A stretch of DNA of 64,000 nucleotides. It comes from Aureliella sp. (GTDB lineage: Bacteria; Planctomycetota; Planctomycetia; Pirellulales; Pirellulaceae). The stretch is from NCBI GenBank assembly GCA_963691875.1, contig OY829846.1, positions 416,001-480,000 on the forward strand, given 5' to 3'. Shown piece by piece: positions 43,495 through 53,406 of the stretch. Under the pieces are notes generated by a model that was given only the letters and a program-made list of their open reading frames with translations, searched no databases and was not told where the DNA came from. Positions within the stretch are counted from its first letter, which is position 1. The number at the start of each line of letters is the position of its first letter. A program made the translations under genes and the position numbers.

Positions 43495-43517
43495 CATGTA
43501 AAGATGTCAGACATGTT
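43495..43517. promoter_or_regulatory. Putative FadR/GntR operator
   Basis: Palindrome ATGTCAGACAT (43504-43514) ~30 bp upstream of the GntR start, with an adjacent degenerate copy ATGTAAAGAT. Confidence 0.55.
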
Positions 43518-44152
43518 ACCTCGGCCACCTAATAGATTCAAGCATCGCCGTTTTTCCAGCTGGATTTCAGTTCGAAGGCTAAAAGCGGAGGACCAGTTTG
43601 GGCGCCTTGATGGAAAACGTTGCTTCCGTCGTACTCCAATTGATGAAGGTCGTCGGTTCCCACTCTAGCAGCCTTTTTTGTTCCGATTGAGTAAGCTCGA
43701 TCTTTGAATCAGAACCTTGTTAGGGAAGTTGCGACGGAGCAGTTCGCTACAAACCGCATTTTGGACAGCGGGCTCGCATCTATCAAAACGTTTTGTCAGT
43801 CCATGAAATGATCGTGGAGTTCGGCCACTCGCGTTCCAGCCAACGTCGAGAAGCAGGAACTGATGCTGTGCTAGTCCCGTAAATGCAGGACCGAGTGTCG
43901 ATCCGAGATTCCGCTGGTCCGGTTTCGGTTGCAAAGCCTGGAAGGGCAAGCACTTCCTCGAGCGCCTCAGGGGAGTAAGAGAGGCAGCAAAAGTGGTAAT
44001 ATTGCAGATGACAAGTCAAGCTCACGATAGAAGGCATCGCTGTCGATTCTCGAATTGGAAATCGTTTACGAAAATACCGACGTTGGTGCTAGGTATTGTC
44101 AACGAACCGGGGCTTTGTAATAGGAAACCCCACGCAGGAGAAGTTAACTCGC

Positions 44153-44420
44153 ATGAACCGCATATCCGCAGGAATACGAGCCACTCTGATTCAGCGTCTA
44201 AAAGACGCAGGAGGCTTTGCTGCGTGGGATGAGTTTATTGAGATTTATACGCCTCTAATTTTCGAGTTGCGACCAATATTGGTTTCCAATTTGCCTACGC
44301 CCGGAACTTCGGTCAGGGGGCTTTCTGGCGGCTGCGAATTCGGTCTCGAATGGCACCACAGTCGACACCAACAATACAGCCGGTTGGGGCAAGAATACGC
44401 TGGTAGCATACCTGAATGGA
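44153..44420 (+). pseudogene. ECF sigma factor N-terminal remnant
   Basis: RATLIQRLKD...AAWDEFIEIYTPLI, typical of planctomycete ECF region 2; homology is lost afterwards. Confidence 0.65.
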
Positions 44421-44612
44421 GCGGAAGTCGGAGAGTCGATCGCTTACCGCAAGGACGGTCGGATCTTCATGTGCGGCAGGAGCCGGTCGAACTGGATGTG
44501 ACGGAAGGCTCCTTGGCCGTGATTGGCGTAAATGCGAAGCTACAAGCGATGGAAGGCCAGGAACTGAAATCAATCTGGACGCGAAAGTGATCCGGCAACA
44601 GGAAAGAAAGTA

Positions 44613-47465
44613 ATGAGAGTTAAGATCTCTGAGTTTTTTGTCACGCTGCTACTTGTCTGTTCAACGGCGCGGGCTGACGTCCGACTTCCACGACTCTTCG
44701 GCGACAATCTGGTTCTTCAACAACAGACAAATAATACCATTTGGGGATGGGCCGAACCCGACGAAAAGGTAACAGTCTCGGCCAGTTGGGGAGTGTCCGT
44801 TTCGACCAGAGCAGACCCGGGCGGCCGATGGAAGTTGTTTTTATCAACGCCCGCGCATGGAACCGGTCATTCGCTGACGGTGGCCGGCGAAAACAAAATT
44901 GAAATCAGGAACGTAGCAATCGGCGAAGTCTGGCTATGCGCCGGCCAGTCCAATATGGGCTGGTCAACTGGCAACTCTTTCGAGGCGGAAAAGGAAGCCA
45001 GCGTCAATCTGCCGAATTTCCGTATCTTTAAGTCGCAGCGCGAGCACTGGCATCAGCCGCTAGAAGAATCCCGGGATCGGCTGCAGAAATGGAAACTCTG
45101 CAATCCCGAATCCGCGGCCGAAACTTCGGCCGTATCGTACTACTTCGGCAAGACGCTCCATCAGAAATTGGACATACCTGTAGGCGTCATCGTACAGGCC
45201 TACGCGGGGACGCCAATCGAGGGTTGGATGCCTTGGGACATTCAGGAGGACGACACGCGCGCAGTCGAACATAAAAAAACACTCGACAAAAACGCTCGGC
45301 GAATCATTGCTCGAGGTGAAACCATCGAGAAGGCCCTCGCAACATTCGATCAAGAGTCCGTCAAGTACAAAGCCAAAATCGCTGCCGGCGAAACGATGAA
45401 AAATGCGTTTAAACCAATGCAGCCACCATACATCACCAAGCCGGCGTCGTTGGGGCACCAATATCCAGGCCATATATTCAATGCGATGATCCATCCGGTT
45501 CGGCCGTACGGCATTCGCGGGATGATTTGGTATCAAGGTGAACGAAACTCTAAGAACGTTCCTCAAGCCGTTCACTATCGCAATCAGCTAGCTAAGCTCA
45601 TTCGTTACTACCGATCGACGTGGCATGAAAAATCCGCGGGCAACGTCGCTGATGATTTTCCGTTTCAGTTCACGCAACTTCCAAGTTGGAATCCGCCACA
45701 GGATAGGCCGGTCGAAGGACTGGAAGCATCGTGGGCAGCCAACCGGGAGGCCATGCGGAAGACTGAATGGGATGTTGCCGACAGTGGCATGGTGGTTTCG
45801 ATCGACACCGGTGATGCGGTGGAGCTCCACCCGAAAAATAAAAGACCACTGGGCATTCGTCATGCGCTGCTAGCGTTGCAGCAAACTTATGGCCAACAGG
45901 TTGTCGGCAGGGGCCCCCGTTTCACAAGCCATCGCGTTCAGGACAACAAGATCTTGCTGGAATTTGATTCCATCGGTTCCGGGTTGATGGCTGCCCGACT
46001 GGGAACACTGGACGCGTTCGCCATCGCGGGTGAAGACCGTCAGTGGCGCTGGGCGGACGCGGAAATGACTGATGGTAAGGTCGTAGTCTCTTCCCAGGAG
46101 GTTCCTCGGCCGGTCGCAGTTCGATATGCGTGGGCCATGAATCCATCGCAACGCAATTTGCTCTACAACAAAGAAGGACTTCCAGCGTCGCCGTTCCGCA
46201 CCGATGACTGGCCATTGTTTGATACCAAAGACGAGATCCTCGAGGTCAACAAGCCGCAAAAACCAGCGGGTTATCAGGCAAAAGATTGGGACCGCCCGGC
46301 GATGCCGGAAGCGGTTAACGTTGATGAAGAGTCGCCCGAGTCGAACGGGCTCGCCCCAGAAGTTACCGATCTGAACGCGGAAGAGATTTCGTACCAGCTG
46401 GAGAGTAAACTCCCGTACCTAGCCGAGCCGTTTTTCGATATCACTCCACACGACGGGAAGGACGGCATCGCCGTTGGTGAACTCGGGCGGGATGGCGGGG
46501 ACCGCAATGTTGTTCTTGAGTTCGCGCGAGCGTTGGCCAAAGAGTCGAAAGAACCGAAGAGTGGTATGACCGACAGCCTGCTTATCAGCTACAAGGGCAA
46601 GCTTGTTTTCGAGTCATATTTTCGTCGTGGCCGCCTCAACTATCCTCACTACCAGATGTCGATCACTAAGTCCTACACGGCCATGGCGGTCGGACGAGCC
46701 ATTCAGTTGGGGCATCTGACGATGGATGACCTCGATAAGCCCGCGATCTCGTTTCTGAATGACCTAAAGCCAGAGTTACTCGTAAAGGGGGCGGACGGCA
46801 TCACGCTGCATGAGGCGATGAATATGACGTCGGGTATTCGCATCGACAAGGAAACGGTGAGTGCTCTGCGGAAGGCACCTCAAAAACTCAAGGGGCAAGG
46901 ACAAGTTCAAGCGTATCTGCAGCTTAGCGAGCCGATTCCGCCAGCTCCGCGAGAGTTCAAGTATCAGGCTTCGGACCCTGTCATCGTGATGCAGGTACTT
47001 GAAGCTGTTGTGCCGGGCAGCGCCGAAGACTTCATCCGCAATGAGCTGTGGCGACGTCTTGGAGTCAACAACTATCACTGGCGAGCAGACCTGAGCGGAC
47101 TTCCCAAGTCGGCTGCCGGTTCTAGCTTCCGGTCGCGGGACATGTTGAAGATTGGGCTGCTCGTCCTGAACAAGGGGAAGTGGCAGGGCCAGCAAATCAT
47201 TCCCGCCGACTTCGTCCAGCGTGCCACCAGTCCCATAAGGAGGACCTTCGGTAAGTCATCTTATGGTTACTTTTGGTGGACCGAAGACTATGCGATCAAC
47301 GGAAAGACTTACCACTGCAAACAAGGCCGAGGCGCAGGCGGACAGTTCATCTTCATGTTCCCCGCATTAGATTTGGTCGCGGTTGTCACCGCTCACAATA
47401 AGGGCATGGGCAATATTCTGCGGACACTGCCGAACACGTTGATTCCCGCTTTTACAGCGGAATAG
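44613..47465 (+). CDS. Sialate O-acetylesterase fused to a beta-lactamase-family serine hydrolase
   Basis: GEVWLCAGQSNM, WYQGE, LHPKNK, LPASPFRTD; C-terminal SITK (SxxK), FKY, YGYFWW, GAGGQ. Confidence 0.9.
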   Translation: MRVKISEFFVTLLLVCSTARADVRLPRLFGDNLVLQQQTNNTIWGWAEPDEKVTVSASWGVSVSTRADPGGRWKLFLSTPAHGTGHSLTVAGENKIEIRNVAIGEVWLCAGQSNMGWSTGNSFEAEKEASVNLPNFRIFKSQREHWHQPLEESRDRLQKWKLCNPESAAETSAVSYYFGKTLHQKLDIPVGVIVQAYAGTPIEGWMPWDIQEDDTRAVEHKKTLDKNARRIIARGETIEKALATFDQESVKYKAKIAAGETMKNAFKPMQPPYITKPASLGHQYPGHIFNAMIHPVRPYGIRGMIWYQGERNSKNVPQAVHYRNQLAKLIRYYRSTWHEKSAGNVADDFPFQFTQLPSWNPPQDRPVEGLEASWAANREAMRKTEWDVADSGMVVSIDTGDAVELHPKNKRPLGIRHALLALQQTYGQQVVGRGPRFTSHRVQDNKILLEFDSIGSGLMAARLGTLDAFAIAGEDRQWRWADAEMTDGKVVVSSQEVPRPVAVRYAWAMNPSQRNLLYNKEGLPASPFRTDDWPLFDTKDEILEVNKPQKPAGYQAKDWDRPAMPEAVNVDEESPESNGLAPEVTDLNAEEISYQLESKLPYLAEPFFDITPHDGKDGIAVGELGRDGGDRNVVLEFARALAKESKEPKSGMTDSLLISYKGKLVFESYFRRGRLNYPHYQMSITKSYTAMAVGRAIQLGHLTMDDLDKPAISFLNDLKPELLVKGADGITLHEAMNMTSGIRIDKETVSALRKAPQKLKGQGQVQAYLQLSEPIPPAPREFKYQASDPVIVMQVLEAVVPGSAEDFIRNELWRRLGVNNYHWRADLSGLPKSAAGSSFRSRDMLKIGLLVLNKGKWQGQQIIPADFVQRATSPIRRTFGKSSYGYFWWTEDYAINGKTYHCKQGRGAGGQFIFMFPALDLVAVVTAHNKGMGNILRTLPNTLIPAFTAE

Positions 47466-48199
47466 CTACCAGTGAGATAGAACACCAATATCGACACCGC
47501 AGTTCTGAGCCTCCGCGTGCTCCGTTTGATGGTCGTGTAAAGCGCTCAATCGCTTGCGGCGGTAAGACCGGATATTCGGAGCATCTTGACGGATGATCAA
47601 GGATAAGCTGATTTTGGCGGTTTCTGGAAACAGAGGAAGAAACTCCGCGATTGTTTGTTTGGCAAAGGAAGGAACACGCTCCACTTCAAGAAAAACCGGC
47701 ATTCGGAAGGTTCGATCTTCTGGCGTGATACCAGGGCACTGCGCAGCGGTAATGGCTCGCCGTGCGAAGGAGTTCATCGTCTGCCGCGTATCGATTGATA
47801 ATCGGGGGGAAGTGGCGGCAGGACGAGTCTAAGATGCGATCTTTCCAAAGATCGAATTCTTTGCCGCGTTTGCAAATCTCGCTGGAATTGATTTGCCAGA
47901 GGAGCGTCGCTTCGGCGGAGTTCTAGAAAATCGACTTGCTGTTGGGGCAGCGAAAATCGGAATGGGACAGCGTCTACTTGCAGGGTTCAGCGGGTATCTA
48001 GGATTGGGGAAGTACCTGAAAGCGAACGCTCATCTACAAAGCTGTCCCGCCGGGGCCGACCGAAAGGGGATCAAAGAACTCTATGACCTTTAGGGGGATC
48101 TGAGCGAATAGTCGATCCGTGCATTGAAGCACCACGACTAAGTTTCAAAGTTGATGGGGCGGGTGCAGTCGATTGCACATGACGACCGGCCTTGTCTCG

Positions 48200-48487
48200 C
48201 CCTGTGCAAAAAAATTTGCCCGAACGAAAACAAGGTGGAGGATCGAGCTGGCTTGATACGCTAGTTGCTGCCATCAGTCCACGTCGTCAGAGTCTCGCCA
48301 CACACGCGAACCCATGGTTCGAATGTGACGCTCGAAGAAGAGTACGCTTTAACGTCTGAAAGATAGAGACTGGCACGCCGGCCGCACCCTTAAGGGGATG
48401 AGTAACGGAATCCGCAAGCCGTTGTAATCTAGGCACTTATAGAAAAGAGGACTCGCCGCTAATTTCCGTATAGTGGGGCTGAATAGG
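48200..48487 (+). repeat. Dispersed structured repeat, copy 5
   Basis: Starts ccctgtgcaaaaaaattt; contains tgctgccatc, ccacgtcgtcagagtc, gaatgtgacgctcgaa, ccgcaccct, ggatgagt, gcaagccgttg..cactta; ends ctgaataggg. Confidence 0.88.
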
Positions 48488-48537
48488 GAGGTGTTGTCGT
48501 AGCAGGGGCCGTGCGTGCTTGTGTTTTCCGGCAATAT

Positions 48538-48564
48538 ACCGTATACTTACGGTGGGATGCCGTA
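48538..48564. promoter_or_regulatory. Putative BlaI-family operator
   Basis: Overlapping inverted repeats ACCGTA-tact-TACGGT and TACGG-n7-CCGTA, ~25 bp upstream of the blaI-like start. Confidence 0.5.
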
Positions 48565-48588
48565 TGTGGTTGATGTGAGGGAGATCAG

Positions 48589-48969
48589 GTGACGACTCAG
48601 CGACTTACGAACGCGGAGATTGCATTAATGGAACTGCTCTGGGAAACGAATCCGTTGACCGCAAGGCAGATTCGCGAACAGCTATATGACGATTCCGAGA
48701 AATCACAGCATGGGACTGTGCAGCGACTTTTGCAGAGTGTTGAAGAAAAGCAGATGGTCAGCCGTGATCGCAGTTTAGGGGTGCATCTGTTTTCTCCACT
48801 CGTCAGCCGCGAAGCCTATGGTGGACGGCAATTGGAATCGTTGGCGGAGAAGTTGACGGGCGGTTCCATTGCACCCCTTCTGACTCACCTATTGGAAACG
48901 GACAAACTCGACAAGGCCGAGATTAAGCGTCTGCGACTTCTCTTGGAGGAGGCCAAAGAACGTGGTTGA
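48589..48969 (+). CDS. blaI: BlaI/MecI/CopY-family repressor
   Basis: LTNAEIALMELLW, TVQRLLQ, LAEKLTGGS, EIKRLR. Confidence 0.92.
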   Translation: MTTQRLTNAEIALMELLWETNPLTARQIREQLYDDSEKSQHGTVQRLLQSVEEKQMVSRDRSLGVHLFSPLVSREAYGGRQLESLAEKLTGGSIAPLLTHLLETDKLDKAEIKRLRLLLEEAKERG

Positions 48970-50896
48970 TTTTGTTGTCGCAGCAACGCTCAGTAACCTA
49001 ATGGTGTCCACGCTCCTCGCAGTTCTCGCTTGGGTGGTGCAACGGCGAATTCCTTCGCCGGGACTGGCGAATCTTCTTTGGGTAATCGTGTTGATCAAAC
49101 TCATCACGCCTCCAGTCGTGACAATTCCAGCCATGACCGTCCCGAGCATTGCAGGGACCAACCGATCCACCGTCCCTGACTTCAATATGGAGCGAGATAC
49201 CGCCCTCGGAGCGGAACTCGTCAAGAGTATCGGCCCATCGAAAGCGACACCGAAAGTCTTAACGGCTTCTTCTATGACAGATTTGACTTTCCTACTCCTT
49301 CAGCTCGGCTTGTTTGTTTGGGTGGCAGTGAGTGCGATCTTGTTTGCTCTTTCTGGTGCTCGAATTCTCCGATTCCATTGGTGGCTCGTTAGGTCTTCAC
49401 GTGTCGATCAGGACGTTAGTCGTTCACTGTGCTCAAACCTTGCTGGACAGTTCGGCTTGCGACGATCACCACAAGTTCTTGTGACCGCAGCCAATATTCC
49501 GCCTTTTGTTTGGTGGCTTAGGGGGCGCTGCGTCATTGTTGTGTCATCGCGGGCAATGAAGGAACTAAATTGGACAGACCTTCGTTTGATTATTGCCCAT
49601 GAGATAGCGCACGTTCACCGCCGCGACCACTGGTTCCGATGGCTTGAATGGCTTTCTCTTTTGGCATTTTGGTGGAATCCAATCATGTGGTGTGCCCGCC
49701 GTCAATTGAGAGTTTCTGAAGAGATGGCTTGCGATCAAATCGTGCTTCAAACTGCAAAATGTGGAGTGAATCAATATGCGCAGTCTCTGCTGAACATGGC
49801 AGAGCTGTTGGCTTCGCCGGCGTTCCGTCCGCCGGTATTGGCAAGTGCAATTAACAGCGGCGGAAGTCTTAAGATAAGGTTAAATGTGATGATGAACGGA
49901 AGAACCTGGAGAGTACCGGCAGCTTTGCGAACCGTTGTCGTGGTCATGTCAATTTTTGTTTTTCCAATCGGTTTCGTCTATGCGCAGGACTTTGAGGCCG
50001 TCCAGCGAAGATTAGGTGGTGCGGTAGAAGCGGGCGAGCTTTCGTTGGAGCAGGCAAACCTGATGATGGAGGCGCTGCGACATTCTTCTCAGCGTGATCG
50101 AGAATTCGAAGCGAAGAAGCATCGTTACATGCAGTTCACGGAAGAAATTCAAGCTGCTGTTGAAGCCGGTAAACTCTCTGAGGAAGAAGCCGAGGAGCGG
50201 CTGATCGCTGTCCGCCGGGAGATGTTCGAGGAGAAACGGGGCGCTGAGGGCGAAGCACGTGTGCTGAAGGAAAAGAAACGTCGCTACGAGCAAGTCGCAC
50301 GCGAAATCAAAAAAGCTCGCGAAGCTGGAGAGATTTCGGATTTAGAAGCGGAGAACACGTTGGTTCAGCTTCGTCGGGAGATATTCGAGGAGAAACGGGA
50401 CGATGAAGGCGAAGCACGTGATTTTAGATCATGGGAAATTCGCCACGAACAAGCTGTCCGGAGCATCAAAGAGGCTCTTGAAGCTGGTGAGCTGTCCGAA
50501 GAAGAAGCAGAGGAAAAGCTGATTGAGCTACGCGGTGAATTTATAGATCGGGAACGCCACGAAGATGCGCGTGATTTGAACTCAAGAGAGCATCGCTACG
50601 AGCAAGTCGCACGTGAAACCAAAGAAGCTCAAGCAGCGGGAACAATTTCGGAAGTGGAGGCGAAGAATAAGCTCCTTCAGCTGCGTCAGGAGATGTTCGA
50701 GAAGAATCGCGGCGATGAGGGCGCAGTGCGTGATTTGAAAATAAAAGAACGTTACGACCAAGCCGCTCGCAGAATCAAAGAGTCTCATCGAGCTGGCGAG
50801 CTCTCCGAAAAAGAAGTAGAGGAAAAACTGATTGACCTGCGGCGTGAATTTCGAGGAGAAAGCCGCAAAGATGATGGCCAAGGCAAAGATCGATGA
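48962..50896 (+). CDS. BlaR1/MecR1-like M56 metallopeptidase with C-terminal charged repeats
   Basis: LLWVIVLIKLITPP, HEIAHVHRRD (HExxH), WWNP, EEMACD. Confidence 0.92.
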   Translation: MVDFVVAATLSNLMVSTLLAVLAWVVQRRIPSPGLANLLWVIVLIKLITPPVVTIPAMTVPSIAGTNRSTVPDFNMERDTALGAELVKSIGPSKATPKVLTASSMTDLTFLLLQLGLFVWVAVSAILFALSGARILRFHWWLVRSSRVDQDVSRSLCSNLAGQFGLRRSPQVLVTAANIPPFVWWLRGRCVIVVSSRAMKELNWTDLRLIIAHEIAHVHRRDHWFRWLEWLSLLAFWWNPIMWCARRQLRVSEEMACDQIVLQTAKCGVNQYAQSLLNMAELLASPAFRPPVLASAINSGGSLKIRLNVMMNGRTWRVPAALRTVVVVMSIFVFPIGFVYAQDFEAVQRRLGGAVEAGELSLEQANLMMEALRHSSQRDREFEAKKHRYMQFTEEIQAAVEAGKLSEEEAEERLIAVRREMFEEKRGAEGEARVLKEKKRRYEQVAREIKKAREAGEISDLEAENTLVQLRREIFEEKRDDEGEARDFRSWEIRHEQAVRSIKEALEAGELSEEEAEEKLIELRGEFIDRERHEDARDLNSREHRYEQVARETKEAQAAGTISEVEAKNKLLQLRQEMFEKNRGDEGAVRDLKIKERYDQAARRIKESHRAGELSEKEVEEKLIDLRREFRGESRKDDGQGKDR

Positions 50897-51804
50897 ATCT
50901 CTTGAAATGGCTTGTTTGCGTTGCGACGTTGTCGGTTGGGCAATCGACGCTGGCACAGCAGGAATCCAATCGTAAAACTCTGACTTCGGGCGAATATCAC
51001 GTCACGCAGTCGTGGTCCCAGGAGCGGTCGTTTAAGCGGCCCTACCATGTCCGTGTTCCTGAGGCCGAGTCGCAGCAACTTCCGGTTTTGGTTTTCCTAC
51101 ATGGAAACGGAGGCAACGCGCTTCAAGCAATGCGAGGGTTCATTAGTGGACGTAGAAAGATCGCTTCTCGCTACGTCTTGGTCTTTCCGCAGGGCTATCG
51201 CGAGAGTTGGAATATCGTGTCGGAGCGTTCCAAAGCAGACGATCTTGGCTTCATCGAAGCGATTGTGCATCAGCTGGCTGCTTTTGAAAATGTCGATTCC
51301 CGTAACTTTACGATCATGGGAGCGTCCAACGGTGCCGCGTTGGTCAATCAATTGGCGATCGAGAGTAAGTTACCAAGCGTGCGAAATTACATCAGCGGAG
51401 TCAGCCAACTGAACACGTGGCAACATGACGGCAAGCACTTCAAAGCGAAAGGCGATGAAAACAACTATCGCAAAGTGGCTTTCCCAGCCAAAGGTAAGCG
51501 ATTACTGAATATCTCAGGTGTGATGGATAGACTGGTTCCGTACCAAGGCGGCCTTTCGCCGGCGATTCCGGCGAAAGGCGGAAAGCTGGCGTTTATCGCA
51601 GCGGAAGAATCGACATTCCTATGGGCTCAACAAATGGGGTATACGGGAGAACAGCTACGTCAACCATCCAGCACCGTCGGGAACGTTGAAATCTTTAGCT
51701 ATCTCAATGGCGATGTCGTTCATTACAAAGTGACTAACGAGGGCCACGGCGCTACACACGGTATTAGTGAGAACCTGCTGCTGAAATTCCTTGATGGAAA
51801 ATAG
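50893..51804 (+). CDS. Secreted alpha/beta-hydrolase (LpqC/PHB-depolymerase-like esterase)
   Basis: PVLVFLHGNGG, DDLGFI, GASNG nucleophile elbow, D.LVPYQGG, GHG. Confidence 0.88.
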   Translation: MNLLKWLVCVATLSVGQSTLAQQESNRKTLTSGEYHVTQSWSQERSFKRPYHVRVPEAESQQLPVLVFLHGNGGNALQAMRGFISGRRKIASRYVLVFPQGYRESWNIVSERSKADDLGFIEAIVHQLAAFENVDSRNFTIMGASNGAALVNQLAIESKLPSVRNYISGVSQLNTWQHDGKHFKAKGDENNYRKVAFPAKGKRLLNISGVMDRLVPYQGGLSPAIPAKGGKLAFIAAEESTFLWAQQMGYTGEQLRQPSSTVGNVEIFSYLNGDVVHYKVTNEGHGATHGISENLLLKFLDGK

Positions 51805-52221
51805 GGTCCTGTTGAGCGCCGTCACGCTAATTCCCGTTCCGTGTAAGGAGAGGTTTGACAACGATGAATTGCGGCCATTAAGGCTGTAATTTGGTGTCAT
51901 AATTGATTGTTATTTCGCGCGTTGCCAGCGATTGATTAGTGGAATAAGGCTAAGTCATGGTAACCCCGGGGCATACTTTACATGGCGTTATGGGGGAGTG
52001 CGATGGCAATGCTCCAGCGCTTGTTTGTATACGAAGATTCCAATATCAAGGGCGAGCGCTTTTGGCTTACCCTGCGCGGCGGCCAACTTTGTTAAACTTG
52101 CTGCACTTTCATTGGCTGTGCTCCGGGACTACTTTTTTGCCCAGCGTTTCTGCGGTGCTCTGCTTGCCATCCGATCGGTGTTTCCAACGCCGAGCTAACG
52201 TGATTTGGATTGAAGTCATTC

Positions 52222-53406
52222 ATGCTTAAGAAAATCCGATTCACCGCCGCGTTCCTAGTCCTGTGCTTTCTTAAAGGCCCCGCATTCTCTGAGAGCCCCA
52301 TCAGCGACAAGCTGCCTGACCCTGACGGCAAGCCTGCAAACATGACGAAGCCCGTCAAGGTCTTTCTCATCATGGGACAGTCTAACACCCTAGAATACGG
52401 TACTGTCGAAAAGAAAGAGCCTGTCCTCAAAATTAAGGAAGGGGCCAGTGCGCCAGAACGTGCCAAGGCAAAGGAAAAGTACGAAAAACGAATCGCTAAG
52501 TACGGGCAGGACAGAGGCAAGACGCTGGTGAGTGCGATTAAAAACGACGGTCTCTACTCGTTCATGGTCGACGCCACCGGCCAATGGACCAAACGCCAGG
52601 ATGTTCGTGTGACGCACGTGATGCAATCCAAGGGTAGCATGAAGTTGCAGCGGAACGACTGGCTGACAGTCAAGGGCAAGGCCATCGGCATCGATCAGGG
52701 GATTGGTCACCAACTGGGTAACTATTTTGATGGGCCAGTGCTGATGATTCGCAGTTCTATTGGGAACCGCGGCTTAGGTTGGGACCTGCTGCCTCCAGGC
52801 AGCCCCTCCTGGGAAGTTGAAGAAAAGGACAAAAGGAGCGGCGAAGTCAGAACCATGGTCTATGCGGGCTACAAGCAGTCACCGAAGAAATGGGAAAAGG
52901 GAACTGAGACCATCCGCATCAAATGGTACGCCGGCAAGCAGTATGACGACGACACCGCGAATGCCAAGAAAGTTCTTGCGGAAATTGGCAACTACTATCC
53001 TGGCGCGACGCAATACGAAGTCGCTGGTTTCTTCTGGTGGCAGGGCTGTAAGGACCGCAATAACCCTGCGTACTTCAACCGCTATGAGAAACATCTCTGC
53101 TTGTTGATCGATGCGTTGCGCCGGGACTTCAATGCGCCGAACGCCAAATTTGTTGCCGCGTCGCTGGGTGAAGACAAGAGAGGCGTCGACAACGGAGGGG
53201 GAAAGATCCTTGAAGCGATTATGAATATCGCCGATGCTTCGAAGCACCCGAAATATAAAGGGGCCGTTGCTGGAGTCTACACTCACCCCCTCACTATTCC
53301 GGCCGGCGGATCCTGCAGCCACTACGGCGGTAGCGCCAAAACCTACATGAATGTAGGACTTAGCATGGGCGAAGCAATGGTCGACCTCTTTGAAGAGCAT
53401 AATTAA
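52222..53406 (+). CDS. Sialate O-acetylesterase / CE6-like SGNH esterase
   Basis: KVFLIMGQSN, GFFWWQG, SHY..SAKTY. Confidence 0.85.
   Translation: MLKKIRFTAAFLVLCFLKGPAFSESPISDKLPDPDGKPANMTKPVKVFLIMGQSNTLEYGTVEKKEPVLKIKEGASAPERAKAKEKYEKRIAKYGQDRGKTLVSAIKNDGLYSFMVDATGQWTKRQDVRVTHVMQSKGSMKLQRNDWLTVKGKAIGIDQGIGHQLGNYFDGPVLMIRSSIGNRGLGWDLLPPGSPSWEVEEKDKRSGEVRTMVYAGYKQSPKKWEKGTETIRIKWYAGKQYDDDTANAKKVLAEIGNYYPGATQYEVAGFFWWQGCKDRNNPAYFNRYEKHLCLLIDALRRDFNAPNAKFVAASLGEDKRGVDNGGGKILEAIMNIADASKHPKYKGAVAGVYTHPLTIPAGGSCSHYGGSAKTYMNVGLSMGEAMVDLFEEHN

Noticed and set aside
47466..47777. 103-aa ORF converging on the esterase fusion
   Set aside because: No recognisable family; possibly another remnant but unsupported
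1772..48487. Repeats as a CRISPR array or a classical integron
   Set aside because: Copies are 200-285 bp, 4-18 kb apart and diverged; no cas or intI gene is present and I saw no consistent attC RYYYAAC/GTTRRRY ends
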